From the NCBI GenBank assembly GCA_045612385.1, contig JAZKYZ010000022.1, positions 12,631-76,630 of the forward strand: DNA of 64,000 nt, in the 5' to 3' direction. The position numbers were made by a program, and so were the translations under genes. Of the stretch, positions 35,101 through 45,257 are shown piece by piece. The DNA is from Eubacteriales bacterium. Its GTDB lineage: Bacteria; Bacillota; Clostridia; Oscillospirales; CAG-272. Position 1 is the stretch's first letter, and each line of letters opens with the position of its first letter. The notes under the pieces were generated by a model. That model was not told the origin of the DNA. It ran no database searches and was given only the letters and a program-made list of their open reading frames with translations.

Positions 35101-36553
35101 CGCCATCTCGGATTTTCACTGCGCCGATTTCAATAATCTTGCAGGTGAGGTTAGAGAGACCTGTGGTTTCAATGTCGAATACAATCATTTCATCCTCAAA
35201 TGCCGGATATTTTGAGCCAAATACGCAACGGGCAGTATCGTTGACAAAATAGGCTTCCATACCGTAGAGAATTTTAAGATTCGGATCCTTGCTCTTTTCA
35301 AGAGCCAACATAATTTCAGGGAAGCACTGCACATTACCGTGATCGGTAATGGCAATGGCAGGATGTCCCCAGCGAATTGCCGTTGAAACAATTTCTTCGG
35401 GAGAAATCAGGGCATCCATCTGCGACATACGTGAGTGAAGATGCAATTCGACACGCTTACGAGGAGCGTTATCCTCTCGTTCGACCTTCTTAATTTTTTT
35501 CATTGCCTGAAGCTGCATAAACAGTTCATTGGTGAACTTATCTCGTTGCACTCTACCATAGGCAGCAATGTGCATTCCCGACTTAATGCCCTTCATAAAG
35601 CCACATTCCTCAGGAGGAAGTCCTCGACGTTTGAGATAAATGCCCGTCGTTCCGTCAGAAATACCAATCGTACAGGTCATACGATCTCCCTGACGGTTGG
35701 CTTTGGTTTCGGTCATAAAGACGGTGCCAAGAAAAATAGCGCGTTGCACCTTTGAGGCATCTGCCACAGACACAGGGTCAAGGATGTCAAAATCCTCGCC
35801 GAAGATGAGTTCTGCGCCAGAGGTATTGTAGGTCGTGATACCCATACGGAAGGTAGTGGCATCATATGCGACAACCGTACCCGTTTCAGCAAGAATTCCA
35901 CTCTGACGCTTGAAGTCATAACGAGGGTCCTCTTCTCTTTGTCTTTGCTCTACTTCCCTTTGATGCTCCTCGTATTCACGACGATTTTTTTCTATGGTTT
36001 CTTCCTCTGCGCGACGCATACGCTCTTCATAGCGCTTTGCGCGACGTGCGTCACCTGCGGCCCTACCGACACTGTCTTCCAGCAGACGAATGTTTCTTGT
36101 AATACCGTAACGAGAGAAAAGAATATTTTTCAAAATCTGAGTGGTGTTTCCATTTTCCACAAATTCAAGTCCGAGAGAGCCGAAGGGGAGATAACAAAGA
36201 ATCTCCTCGCCATTATCCTCATAAATGGCATCATTGAAAAAGCCCTTCGTGAAAGCGCCACACATTGACGCCTCTGTAGTAATTTCATTAAAGTAGTCGA
36301 TACGGAAAGATTCGGGAGGAAAGTGAGGGATAATACGGAACACTTCTGCTTCGTAAAATGCTCGACATTCTTCCTCTGCTATGTAAAAAAGAAAAGAATC
36401 TTCGTGTGATGGATAAAACAAATTGACCTCGACAATCAGGGGGTCTTTATCATAACGGGCAAGCTGTACCCTTTCAGCGCGTGAAAGAAGATCGTAAAGT
36501 TCGGGATCGGGGCGATAGCGCTTGAACAGATCAAAAAAGTTCTTAACTTCCAT
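32144..36553 (-). CDS. polC: DNA polymerase III, PolC-type alpha subunit
   Basis: 1469 aa with PHP, an inserted DEDD exonuclease (VFDIETTGLS...HNASFDVGF...HHRASDDA) and polymerase core motifs. Confidence 0.97.
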   Translation of the reverse strand: MEVKNFFDLFKRYRPDPELYDLLSRAERVQLARYDKDPLIVEVNLFYPSHEDSFLFYIAEEECRAFYEAEVFRIIPHFPPESFRIDYFNEITTEASMCGAFTKGFFNDAIYEDNGEEILCYLPFGSLGLEFVENGNTTQILKNILFSRYGITRNIRLLEDSVGRAAGDARRAKRYEERMRRAEEETIEKNRREYEEHQREVEQRQREEDPRYDFKRQSGILAETGTVVAYDATTFRMGITTYNTSGAELIFGEDFDILDPVSVADASKVQRAIFLGTVFMTETKANRQGDRMTCTIGISDGTTGIYLKRRGLPPEECGFMKGIKSGMHIAAYGRVQRDKFTNELFMQLQAMKKIKKVEREDNAPRKRVELHLHSRMSQMDALISPEEIVSTAIRWGHPAIAITDHGNVQCFPEIMLALEKSKDPNLKILYGMEAYFVNDTARCVFGSKYPAFEDEMIVFDIETTGLSNLTCKIIEIGAVKIRDGEVVEEMDIFVDPEEPIPEEITTLTSITDEMVQGAPKEEEALRIFFDFVGDRMLIAHNASFDVGFIRVAAARHNIPFTNTFLDTVGLSKYVNPELKRHKLNLIAEHYKLEEFHHHRASDDARTLAHIFFVMQTRLREEGITNFESMIAAMSEKTDPTKLNTYHMVIFAKNLVGLKNLYKLISRSYLDYYRRFPRIPKTVLEEHREGLILGSACESGELFRAILDGRSEQEIEEIAEFYDYLEIQPICNNTFLIDEGKVASEEALRELNRRIYALGKKLGKPVCATCDAHFLNREDEIYRKILLAGQKFKDADRDIGIYLRTTEEMLEEFRYLGEDACEEVVIDNPNKIAEMCERIRPIPEGRYEPSLEGAVEDLQSSCWKRAKEWYGDPLPELVENRLKRELDSIIGNGFAVLYMIAVKLVAYSESLGYQVGSRGSVGSSFVATMSGISEVNPLPPHYRCPKCCHTEFFTDGSVGSGFDLEDKACPDCGTMMIVDGHDIPFETFLGFYGDKSPDIDLNFSGDVQGKVHKYTEELFGKGQVFRAGTTGTLADKTAYGYITKYLDEREVRIPDAEISHMVTRLVGIKRTTGQHPGGIIVVPREYEIYDFTPIQHPADDPHSDIITTHFQFTYLHDTILKLDELGHDIPTKYRMLEKYTNTSVLDVKMNDRSAYELFWSTKPLGITPEQIGGVKLGTFGIPEMGTRFIQQVLEDAQPRTFADLLQISGLTHGTDVWLGNAQDLIKEGICTISEVVGTRDGIMLYLIQKGLDNSTAFKIMEDVRKGKGLKPEYEKEMLDHGVPQWYIGSCKKIKYMFPKAHAAAYDMSAIRLCWYKIYYPMEFYAAFLSVAPGGFDAEIVGTGYEGVSAKIDELEKMDKDATQKDKELLATLQLVREAMARGIKFLGVSLKRSDSRYFLPENGQIRMPFNSLPGLGDTAAEKIVEARDTYDIYSVQELRERTGISKTVIEILRRNHVLDDLTETNQFSFF

Positions 36554-36658
36554 TTTTTCATACCTACTTTAAAATTTAATCATTCTTCGGGATTGAATTT
36601 TTAATTCCGACAATCCCTATTTTTATTTCTCAATATACGTTATTTTGCTATGATTTAT

Positions 36659-37726
36659 TTACATTTTAATGATTTCTTCTATCAAAGCATCTACCAAATG
36701 CTCTTCTTTTACCTTATAGAGAATTTGTCCCTTCTTAAAGAGGAGACCTTCTCCCTTTCCTCCTGCGATACCGATATCGCACTCACGCGCTTCACCAGGG
36801 CCATTGACGGCGCAACCCATCATAGCAACCTTAATATTGCGTTCAAGCAAACCAAGCGCACGTGCGCGCGAGGTAAATTCCTCTACAAGAGGGATAAGAT
36901 CAATTTTTGTACGTCCACAGGTGGGACAGGAAATGATGTCCATTCTTCCCTTCGTATATAGTCCGAGAGAGGAAAGAATTTCCTTTGCGAACTCGACCTC
37001 CTCTGTGGGATGGTCTGTCAGAGAAACACGTATGGTATCGCCAATGCCTTCGGCAAGCAGGGTACCAATACCGACAGAGGATTTGACAATGGCCGAGCGT
37101 CCTGCGCCCGCTTCGGTAACGCCAAGATGTATGGGGTAATCCACACGCTCGGCGAGCAGACGATTGGCGAGGATGGTTTCTTTCACGCTCGACGCTTTGA
37201 TGGAAATACAGATATCAAAAAAGTCGCATTCCTCAAGCAGGGACGTATGATAGAGGGCGCTTTCTACCAGCGCGCTCGCACAGGGCGATCCATATTTTCT
37301 CAAGATGCTTTCCTCTAAAGAACCTGCATTGACACCAATACGAATCGGTACACCGTGCGCCTTCGCCTCTCTCGCTACCTCACGAACTCGCTCCTGTGAG
37401 CCGATATTTCCAGGATTGATACGGATTTTGTCTGCGCCACATTCCATGGAGGCGAGGGCGATACGATAATCGAAATGGACGTCAGCGACAAGGGCGACCT
37501 TTACGCCCTTTTCTTTAAGATAAGAAAAGACGCTTGCCGATTCCAGCGTGGGAACGGCAAGGCGTACGATATCACATCCTGCCTCCTCCAAAGCGACAAC
37601 CTGACGATAGGTCAACTCAAAGTCCTCGCTCGGCGTATTGGTCATTGATTGTATAGAGATTGGCGCACCGGCACCGATCGTTATATTTCCGACGGTGACG
37701 GCACGTGTTATTTTCCTTTGTAGCAT
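36659..37726 (-). CDS. ispG: 4-hydroxy-3-methylbut-2-enyl diphosphate synthase
   Basis: ISIQSMTNT, VRLAVP, RINPGNIG and CPTCGRT motifs. Confidence 0.95.
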   Translation of the reverse strand: MLQRKITRAVTVGNITIGAGAPISIQSMTNTPSEDFELTYRQVVALEEAGCDIVRLAVPTLESASVFSYLKEKGVKVALVADVHFDYRIALASMECGADKIRINPGNIGSQERVREVAREAKAHGVPIRIGVNAGSLEESILRKYGSPCASALVESALYHTSLLEECDFFDICISIKASSVKETILANRLLAERVDYPIHLGVTEAGAGRSAIVKSSVGIGTLLAEGIGDTIRVSLTDHPTEEVEFAKEILSSLGLYTKGRMDIISCPTCGRTKIDLIPLVEEFTSRARALGLLERNIKVAMMGCAVNGPGEARECDIGIAGGKGEGLLFKKGQILYKVKEEHLVDALIEEIIKM

Positions 37727-37733
37727 AAATCAC

Positions 37734-38783
37734 CTAAATAAAGATTTGTACAATGTCCTTGATCAAAATGACAAAGGAGAGTCCTAAAAGAAGGACAAGT
37801 CCTACGGCATTGATCATTCCCTCCACCTTTGTTGGGATTTTTTTACGTGTAACCATCTCGATGAGCAGTGTGAGAAGTCTACCACCGTCCAATGCGGGAA
37901 GAGGAAGAAGATTCATCACGCCAAGATTGATGGAAATTAAGGCGACAAGAGAGAGCAAGGGGGCAACACCAGCAGAAGCAGCATCACCAAGCGCTCCAGA
38001 GATACCAACGGGACCCGAAACGGCGCCGAAGGAATATCTGCCCGTAATCAAGTCAAAGAGAGATTCCCAGACCATACGGACGGTGAGCGCAGATTTGGAG
38101 AGGGCGTAGGAGATGGTGCCACCAAAGGTCTTTTCCTTCGCATAGACACGGAAGTCCATCATACCAAAGGTCTGTCCCTGTTCCTCAAGCACCGGGAAGG
38201 AAACGTTAGAAAGAAGAAGCTCTTTTCCATCACGAAGGACAAGAATATCCACCGGCTTATTACCACGTCGCATAATCTCATAGGAGATTTCATCCGGAAA
38301 ACGAACACGTTTGCCATCAATCTTCAGGATTTCATCATTGACGGCAAGACCTGCGTCCGCAGAGGAAATTTCGTATTCTGTTTCAGGGAAGTCGGCAACA
38401 ATCGTCGTACCGAGAGGAACGGAGGCGCTCGCAGCAAAGATGGTCATAATCAAGACGCCTGCGACAAGGTTGACAAAGGCGCCAGCGGCAGTGACAATAA
38501 AGCGTTGCCAAGCAGGCTTTTTATCAAAGGCATTCGGGTCATCCGTTTCCTCCATTTCGCCCGTCATTGCAACGTAACCACCAATAGGAAACATAGCAAG
38601 CGAATAGCGAATGCCTGTCTTTTTTGAATCGTACCAGAGGAGGCGAGGTCCCATACCGATAGAAAATTCAGTGATGGAAACACGGAAGATACGAGCCATA
38701 ATATAGTGACCGAACTCGTGAATGAAGATAAGGAAGCCGAAAACGAGGACGGCGACAAGAATGGTAAGAAGTGTGTTGTTCAA
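37734..38783 (-). CDS. rseP: RIP metalloprotease RseP
   Basis: HEFGHY zinc motif, PDZ-like middle, and NLLPLPALDGG motif. Confidence 0.92.
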   Translation of the reverse strand: MNNTLLTILVAVLVFGFLIFIHEFGHYIMARIFRVSITEFSIGMGPRLLWYDSKKTGIRYSLAMFPIGGYVAMTGEMEETDDPNAFDKKPAWQRFIVTAAGAFVNLVAGVLIMTIFAASASVPLGTTIVADFPETEYEISSADAGLAVNDEILKIDGKRVRFPDEISYEIMRRGNKPVDILVLRDGKELLLSNVSFPVLEEQGQTFGMMDFRVYAKEKTFGGTISYALSKSALTVRMVWESLFDLITGRYSFGAVSGPVGISGALGDAASAGVAPLLSLVALISINLGVMNLLPLPALDGGRLLTLLIEMVTRKKIPTKVEGMINAVGLVLLLGLSFVILIKDIVQIFI

Positions 38784-38827
38784 GTGATTTTCCTTTCTTT
38801 TAGGGGGAATATGTTAGAAGCGCTTGT

Positions 38828-39982
38828 CTATGGAAGATAGGTCGTTGCAAAAATGCGAGCTTCTTTAGAAAGCGTACGGATTTCGTCAAGGGATTTCTTT
38901 CCACAGGCGTAGGGCTTCATATAGGCGAAGGTTTCTTCTAAAAGTTTAAAGATGGAAAGGAAGGAGATTTCGCCTGATAGATGTCTTGCGACGGCAATCT
39001 CATCTGTCGCATTGAGGACAGCGCCCATTGCGCCACCCAGCCTTACTGCCTCGCGCGCAAGGGCAAGAGGGGAGAAGGTGTCTTTGTCGGCGTGAGCAAA
39101 AGTGAGCGTGCCGACAGAAAAGAGGTCGAGGGGTTTTATACTTGCCTCCATTCTATGGGGATAATCGACGGCGTACTGGACGCACGCGCGCATATCCGGA
39201 ACAGAAAGTTCAGCAATGACGGTATTATCAATGTATTCAACGGCAGAGTGAATTATACTCTCTCTATGGACGAGAACCTCCACTTGGCTCTCATCAAGGG
39301 AGAAAAGATGTACTGCCTCTATGATTTCAAAGCCCTTATTCATCATCGTCGCAGAATCGACGGTGATTTTTTTACCCATATTCCAAGTCGGATGACAGAG
39401 GGCTTCGGCAAGGGAAACCTTTTGCAGTTCTGCGCGTGTTTTTCCATAGAAGGGGCCACCGGATGCTGTGAGAAGAATACGCTTGACTTCCCTTCTCTCT
39501 CCTGCGTGTAGGCACTGAAAAATGGCAGAGTGTTCGCTATCGACGGGGAGAATTTCTGCGTGTGTTTCCTTCGCGCGCGCCATCACATACTCGCCAGCGC
39601 AGACGAGAGTTTCTTTATTGGCAAGGGCAAGGCGCTCCCCTTTTTCGATTACGGAAAGAGAAGGTGAAAGCCCTGCTTCTCCTAAAATCGCATTGAGGAA
39701 GGTCGTTCCCTGTTCGGTTTTTTCAATGGCTTCCAAAAGACCTTCTTCTCCAGAATACACCTGACACGCCGTGTCAGCGAGGGCAAGACGAAGTTCTCTT
39801 GCGCGTTGTGGATTGGTGACGGCTACGCATTTCGGGGAAAATTCACGAACGGCATCCTCAAGCGCTTTGATGTTTTCGTGCGCTGAAAGCAAGGGGATTT
39901 CATAGTGATGCTGGCGAGCGACATCCAGCGCCTGTCTACCGACAGAACCTGTCGCGCCTAAAATAGCAACCTTTTTTGACAT
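38828..39982 (-). CDS. dxr: 1-deoxy-D-xylulose 5-phosphate reductoisomerase
   Basis: KKVAILGATGSVG, LANKE and PVDSEHSAIFQC motifs; start taken at MSKK. Confidence 0.95.
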   Translation of the reverse strand: MSKKVAILGATGSVGRQALDVARQHHYEIPLLSAHENIKALEDAVREFSPKCVAVTNPQRARELRLALADTACQVYSGEEGLLEAIEKTEQGTTFLNAILGEAGLSPSLSVIEKGERLALANKETLVCAGEYVMARAKETHAEILPVDSEHSAIFQCLHAGERREVKRILLTASGGPFYGKTRAELQKVSLAEALCHPTWNMGKKITVDSATMMNKGFEIIEAVHLFSLDESQVEVLVHRESIIHSAVEYIDNTVIAELSVPDMRACVQYAVDYPHRMEASIKPLDLFSVGTLTFAHADKDTFSPLALAREAVRLGGAMGAVLNATDEIAVARHLSGEISFLSIFKLLEETFAYMKPYACGKKSLDEIRTLSKEARIFATTYLP

Positions 39983-40075
39983 AGCCTGATCTCCTTTCTG
40001 AACATTTACATAAAGCATATGCGCTTTCGTTTTAAAGAGGCTGTCTCAAACTTTCATCCGAGCCAGCCTCAAATA

Positions 40076-40921
40076 TTAACCAATCGGGGGGAAGAATGTA
40101 CAAATCACCATAAGAATGGTGGAAACGGCAATGACAGAGTCAAAGCGATCTACCACGCCACCGTGTCCCGGAAAGAGATTTCCGTAGTCCTTGACACCAT
40201 GCTCTCTTTTCACAAGGGAGCAGGAGAGGTCTCCAATCTGTGAAATGACAGAGAGGAGGAAGCCCGAGAGTGCGAGGTACAGGTAATTGGCGCTGGGAGC
40301 GCCGAAGAAGGTAACAACGAGATAACCATAAAGCACAAAGCAAAGGGTACATCCCAAAGTACCTGCGATAGCACCCTCAATGCTCTTTTTGGGGCTGACA
40401 ATGGGCGCCAGTTTATGCTTACCAAAGAAAGAGCCGAAGAAATAGGCGAAAATGTCCGTCGCCCAAGCGGCAATAAAGACGAGGGCGATAAAATATCCAC
40501 CGTTTTCGATATAGCGAATGATACCGAGCGAGGTGAAGGAAAGGGTGACAAATGCAGTGATGAAAAAGCATTTCATCACATCCACGCTTCCTATCGTTTC
40601 ATAGCGATAATTCAAGACGGCAACGAAAAACGCATAGAACATATACACAACAAGCGCGAGGGCGATATAGGAAAGCGCCGTCAGAGGGGCAGTTCCCTTT
40701 TTGAGAAGAAAATAAGCAAGGGTGGGAAACGCTGTACCGATCAGGTAGGTCGGTACGGTGAGCCATAGTTTCTTCTCTACTCCCATCACTCGGTAAAACT
40801 CATACAGCGCAAACAGCGCAAGTATACCAAGCACAATGGGGTATATGATTAAATGCGAAAAGATAAGGAGTGGTATGCCGAACAAGGCAATGCCAAGCCC
40901 TGTGAGAATGCGTACTTTCAT
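40076..40921 (-). CDS. cdsA: phosphatidate cytidylyltransferase
   Basis: SPKKSIEGAIAG and KREHGVKDYGNLFPGHGGVVDRFDS motifs. The ATG at 40921 follows GAAGGA. Confidence 0.9.
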   Translation of the reverse strand: MKVRILTGLGIALFGIPLLIFSHLIIYPIVLGILALFALYEFYRVMGVEKKLWLTVPTYLIGTAFPTLAYFLLKKGTAPLTALSYIALALVVYMFYAFFVAVLNYRYETIGSVDVMKCFFITAFVTLSFTSLGIIRYIENGGYFIALVFIAAWATDIFAYFFGSFFGKHKLAPIVSPKKSIEGAIAGTLGCTLCFVLYGYLVVTFFGAPSANYLYLALSGFLLSVISQIGDLSCSLVKREHGVKDYGNLFPGHGGVVDRFDSVIAVSTILMVICTFFPPIG

Positions 40922-40934
40922 AGTTGTTCCTTCA

Positions 40935-41660
40935 TCATACAGTTGTTTCTGTATCCAATCCGCCATAGCGACGGCGTCTTCTTGCAAATTCCGCAACGCA
41001 TCTGTCTAGTTCCGTATCATCAAAATCTGGCCAGAGGGTGTCGGTGAAAATCAATTCGGTATAAGAGAGTTGCCAAAGCAAAAAATTCGATATACGACGC
41101 TCGCCACCTGTTCGAATCAGCAGATCGGGAGAGGGCGAATGCGCTGTATAGAGATAACGTGAAACGATATCCTCATCAAGGACGGTATGTCCGTCACGAA
41201 TGGCAGAATTCACAGCGTTCAAAAGTTCATCCCGACCACCATAGTTTAAGGCAATATTCAGAAAAAACTTTCCATCAGGATTCTTTTCCTCTGCGAGCAG
41301 ACACGCTTCACGAAGTGAGGGAGGCAAGGGCCCCTTGTCCCCAACAAAACGAACGGCAAAATCCTCCCGTTCACATAGCGCAGGCAGAAGTCTATCACGT
41401 ATCATACGTTCAATGAGATGCATCAGCGCCCCCACTTCTTCTTTCGGTCTTTTCCAGTTTTCCGTAGAAAAAGCAAAGACACTCAGGTGCTCTACGCCAA
41501 GCGTACGTATTTTTTTCAGGATATTCACAAGGGCTTTGGCTCCCTCGCGATGACCACTGACACGAGGCAGACCTCGTTTGGTCGCCCACCTACCATTGCC
41601 GTCCATAATAATAGCAATGTGGTGAAGGGAAAGTTTTTGCGCAACAGTTTCGTTTGCCAA
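40935..41660 (-). CDS. uppS: isoprenyl transferase (undecaprenyl diphosphate synthase)
   Basis: HIAIIMDGNGRWA, FSTENWKRP and RTGGERRISNFLLWQ motifs. Confidence 0.95.
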   Translation of the reverse strand: MANETVAQKLSLHHIAIIMDGNGRWATKRGLPRVSGHREGAKALVNILKKIRTLGVEHLSVFAFSTENWKRPKEEVGALMHLIERMIRDRLLPALCEREDFAVRFVGDKGPLPPSLREACLLAEEKNPDGKFFLNIALNYGGRDELLNAVNSAIRDGHTVLDEDIVSRYLYTAHSPSPDLLIRTGGERRISNFLLWQLSYTELIFTDTLWPDFDDTELDRCVAEFARRRRRYGGLDTETTV

Positions 41661-41683
41661 TGTATATTCTCCGTAAAATGGAA

Positions 41684-42238
41684 TTATACCGCCATAACCT
41701 CTTTGGTTTTTTCAGCAGTGATTGCATCAATTTCCTTGATAAATCTGTCGGTGAGATCCTGAACAGCCTTGTCGCCACTCTTTGCCTCATCCTCAGTAAG
41801 TTCGGAATTCTTCTTCATTGCCTTGATCTTATCGTTAGCATCACGGCGAATGTTACGAATCGCAACCTTAGCATCTTCACCAAGTTTTGCAACCTGTTTA
41901 GAAAGCTCACGTCTTCTTTCCTCTGTTGTGGGAGGGAAGGAAAGACGAATGCAGGTGCCATCATTTTGAGGATGAATACCGAGATCGGAGGTCATAATTG
42001 CTTTTTCAATGCCCTTCATTGCGCTCTTGTCCCAAGCAGTGATAACAATGGTACGAGCATCAGCAACTTTAATTTCTGCAATGGCAGAGATGGGTGTGGG
42101 AGAACCATAGTAGTCTACGGTAATCTTTTTCAAAACATCAGGGTTTGCTCTACCTGCACGAATCGACGAGAGGTTATCGCGAAAGGCCTCGATGGTCTTT
42201 TTCATTTTTTCTTCATAAGGCTTGGTATCAAATTTCAT
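41684..42238 (-). CDS. frr: ribosome recycling factor
   Basis: 184 aa with SIRAGRANPDVL, LPPTTEERRRE and IRNIRRDAND motifs. Confidence 0.95.
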   Translation of the reverse strand: MKFDTKPYEEKMKKTIEAFRDNLSSIRAGRANPDVLKKITVDYYGSPTPISAIAEIKVADARTIVITAWDKSAMKGIEKAIMTSDLGIHPQNDGTCIRLSFPPTTEERRRELSKQVAKLGEDAKVAIRNIRRDANDKIKAMKKNSELTEDEAKSGDKAVQDLTDRFIKEIDAITAEKTKEVMAV

Positions 42239-42261
42239 TTTTCTATCTCCTTAATATGTAT

Positions 42262-42960
42262 TTAATCTGCAGTTACAATGGTACCGACCTTCTCACCACG
42301 AAGGGCGCGTACAATGTCTTCGGGAGTGGAAAGACCGAAGATGTGAATGGGGAGACCGACCGACTGACAAAATGCAGCGGCGGTAGCATCAATGGCGCGA
42401 AGTCCACGAGCGAGGATTTCGGAGCAGGAAACGGTAAGAAGCTTCTCTGCTGTGGGGTCGACACGAGGATCTGCCGTATAAATGTAGTCAATGTTCTTCG
42501 CCATAAACATAGCGTCTGCCTGAATTTCAGCGGCACGAACAGCGCCAGCCGTATCTGTGGAAACAAAGGGCATACCAAGTCCAGCGCCAAAGACAACGAT
42601 TTCACCCAAAGAAAGTTTTTTCATTGCTTCCTCTGCCGAATAGGGCGTGGTGAAGGGTGACATTGGAATGGCAGTCATTACGGTGCATTTACCACCAGCG
42701 CGAACGATAGCATCTTTGAGGCAAAGCGAGTTAATAACGGTAGCGAGCATTCCCATATGGTCTGCGGTCGCACGATCCATTTCTCCACCCTGTCTGCCAC
42801 GCCAGATATTACCTGCGCCGACAACAACGGCAACCTCGAAGCCTTCTTTCTGAGAGGTGATAAGGGCGTTCGCCACACGGTCAACAAAAGCGTTATCATA
42901 AAGTTCGCCATTTTTGCCTGAAAGAGCCTCGCCCGAGAGTTTGAGTAAAACGCGTTTCAT
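42262..42960 (-). CDS. pyrH: UMP kinase
   Basis: KRVLLKLSGEAL, VVGAGNIWRG and DTAGAVRAAEI motifs. Confidence 0.95.
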   Translation of the reverse strand: MKRVLLKLSGEALSGKNGELYDNAFVDRVANALITSQKEGFEVAVVVGAGNIWRGRQGGEMDRATADHMGMLATVINSLCLKDAIVRAGGKCTVMTAIPMSPFTTPYSAEEAMKKLSLGEIVVFGAGLGMPFVSTDTAGAVRAAEIQADAMFMAKNIDYIYTADPRVDPTAEKLLTVSCSEILARGLRAIDATAAAFCQSVGLPIHIFGLSTPEDIVRALRGEKVGTIVTAD

Positions 42961-43154
42961 CGTATATTTCTCCCATCATACTTTTTCATCCTATATTGTA
43001 CTACATTTTCTCCCATTTGTAAACACCTTTTTAAAATCTTTTTTATATTTTTTGTAAATATTTAAAGGTGGGGCCGCTTGGAAGCGACGAGAGATGCAAG
43101 GCGCTCCGAGATGTATTTTTCCGTCAGAGATTTTTCGCCTTCGCCGAGAATGAC

Positions 43155-43188
43155 GAAAAAAGCCACGCACCGTAAAAGTGCGTGGCTT
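43155..43188 (-). terminator. intrinsic terminator after transketolase genes
   Basis: Minus strand: AGCCACGCAC/GTGCGTGGCT stem followed by TTTTTT. Confidence 0.8.
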
Positions 43189-43318
43189 CAGGTTAGGATT
43201 TACTGTTTTCTGCTCTGTAAAGAGTCACTCCATAGGGTGGGTGGTATGCAGAATAATACACATAACCACTTATTTCTTCTGCATCATTCACTCAAGAAAC
43301 AGAAATGTTCCATCTCTA

Positions 43319-44269
43319 TTATTTTTTCGCAATGGCACGCTTCGCTGCCGCGACGATCTCTTCAGCAGTAAGACCATAATGCTTCATCAACTCGGGAACC
43401 GTACCACTTCTGCCATACAGATCCTGTACGCCAACACGTACTACGGGAACGGGAGCATCCTCAGCGACAACCTCACAAACGGCAGAGCCAAGACCACCAA
43501 TGACGTTATGCTCTTCGGCAGTAACGATAGCGCCAGTCTCGCGCGCAGCCTTGATAATGATTTCTTTATCAATGGGCTTGATGGTATGAATGTTAATCAC
43601 GCGAGCAGAGATTCCCTCTTCCGCAAGCATCTTTGCCGCATCATAAGCGAAGGAACTCATCACGCCTGTGGCAATCAGGGTAACGTCGGTACCGTCACAA
43701 TAGGTGACGCCTTTTCCAAGTTCAAACTTATAGCCCTCAAGGTCAGCAGTAAAATCCGGAACGGCATATCTGCCAAAGCGAAGGTAAACGGGTCCTTCGT
43801 GAAGAAGCGCAGCCTCGACAGCCGCATAGGCTTCGGTCGCGTCAGCAGGGTTGATAATCACCATTCCTGGAATGGTGCGCATCAGGGCGAGGTCCTCATT
43901 ACACTGGTGGGTCGCTCCATCTTCACCTACGGTGATACCAGCGTGGGTCGCGCCGATTTTTACATTCAGGTGAGGGTAGCCAATGCAGTTGCGCACCTGC
44001 TCAAAGGCGCGTCCTGCAGCGAACATTGCAAAGGAGGAGGCAAAGACAGGCTTTCCTGTCGAGGCGATTCCTGCGGCAACGCACATCATATTGCCCTCTG
44101 CAATACCACAATCAAAAAATCTTTCGGGATATTTCTTCTGAAAAACGGCTGTTTTGGTTGATGCGGCGAGGTCAGCATCAAGTACAAAAAAATCATGTTT
44201 TGCGCCAAGATCGGCAAGCGCCTGACCATAGGCTTCTCTGGTTGCTTTCTTATCTGCCATCTTATTCAC
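43319..44269 (-). CDS. tkt: transketolase, C-terminal (pyrimidine-binding) subunit
   Basis: REAYGQAL..., FDCGIAEGNM and GATHQCNEDLA motifs; split-type arrangement. Confidence 0.9.
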   Translation of the reverse strand: MNKMADKKATREAYGQALADLGAKHDFFVLDADLAASTKTAVFQKKYPERFFDCGIAEGNMMCVAAGIASTGKPVFASSFAMFAAGRAFEQVRNCIGYPHLNVKIGATHAGITVGEDGATHQCNEDLALMRTIPGMVIINPADATEAYAAVEAALLHEGPVYLRFGRYAVPDFTADLEGYKFELGKGVTYCDGTDVTLIATGVMSSFAYDAAKMLAEEGISARVINIHTIKPIDKEIIIKAARETGAIVTAEEHNVIGGLGSAVCEVVAEDAPVPVVRVGVQDLYGRSGTVPELMKHYGLTAEEIVAAAKRAIAKK

Positions 44270-44270
44270 C

Positions 44271-45110
44271 TCATTTCAACGTTTCGCCAAGCGCTACGAG
44301 CTCAGCAATCGCCTGCTCAAACTGCTCTTTCTTGGGTGCCTGACCGTGCCACTCAGCACGATCCTCCATAAAGGAAACACCTTTTCCCTTGATGGATTTT
44401 GCAATAATCGCAGTAGGCTTTCCCTTTGTTTCTCTCGCTTCCTTCAGCGCTGCCTCAATTTCAAGGAAATTATGGGCGTCAATGGAAATAACGTGCCAAC
44501 CGAATGCACGGAATTTTTCGTCGTGAGGGGTGGGGTTCATAACCTCTGTAACCTTACCATCAATTTGCAGACCGTTCCAGTCAACAAAGCAAACGAGGTT
44601 ATCAAGATGATAGTGGGCAGCAAACATAGCTGCTTCCCAAACCTGACCTTCTTCACTTTCGCCATCACCAATGGCAGTATATACACGATAAGAGAGATTA
44701 TCTACCTTAGCACGCAATGCCATACCACAAGCAGCAGAGATGCCAAGTCCAAGAGAACCTGTCGACATATCGACACCAGGCACGCCCTTCATATCGGGGT
44801 GACCCTGCAAGCGAGAGTCAAAACGGCGAAGCGTCACAAGTTCTTCTACGGGGAAGAAGCCTCTGTGAGCAAGTGTCGCATACAGCGCAGGCGCGCAATG
44901 TCCTTTGGAAAGAACAAAACGGTCACGCATAGGTTGATCGGGAGTTTTAGGGTCGATATTCATTTCCTCAAAATAAAGATACGTCAGAATATCGGCAATG
45001 GAAAGAGATCCACCTGGATGTCCACATCCAGCGCTGAATACAGCAGTCAAAGCGCCAATACGCACATCATTTGCGACGCGACGAAGTTCAAGAAGGCGAG
45101 AGGATTGCAT
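44271..45110 (-). CDS. tkt: transketolase, N-terminal (TPP-binding) subunit
   Basis: GHPGGSLS, SKGHCAPALYA and GDGESEEGQVWEA motifs. Confidence 0.9.
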   Translation of the reverse strand: MQSSRLLELRRVANDVRIGALTAVFSAGCGHPGGSLSIADILTYLYFEEMNIDPKTPDQPMRDRFVLSKGHCAPALYATLAHRGFFPVEELVTLRRFDSRLQGHPDMKGVPGVDMSTGSLGLGISAACGMALRAKVDNLSYRVYTAIGDGESEEGQVWEAAMFAAHYHLDNLVCFVDWNGLQIDGKVTEVMNPTPHDEKFRAFGWHVISIDAHNFLEIEAALKEARETKGKPTAIIAKSIKGKGVSFMEDRAEWHGQAPKKEQFEQAIAELVALGETLK

Positions 45111-45257
45111 AGGTTTCTCCTTAATATATTTTTATGAAAATATTTTACACTATTTTTCCCCTGTTGTCAAGGTTTTTTGCAAAGAAAAGGCGACAAATAC
45201 AAAAGAGAAAAAAGAAAAAAGCAAGAACTCGCGTTCTTGCTTTTTTTGTTTTTTAAA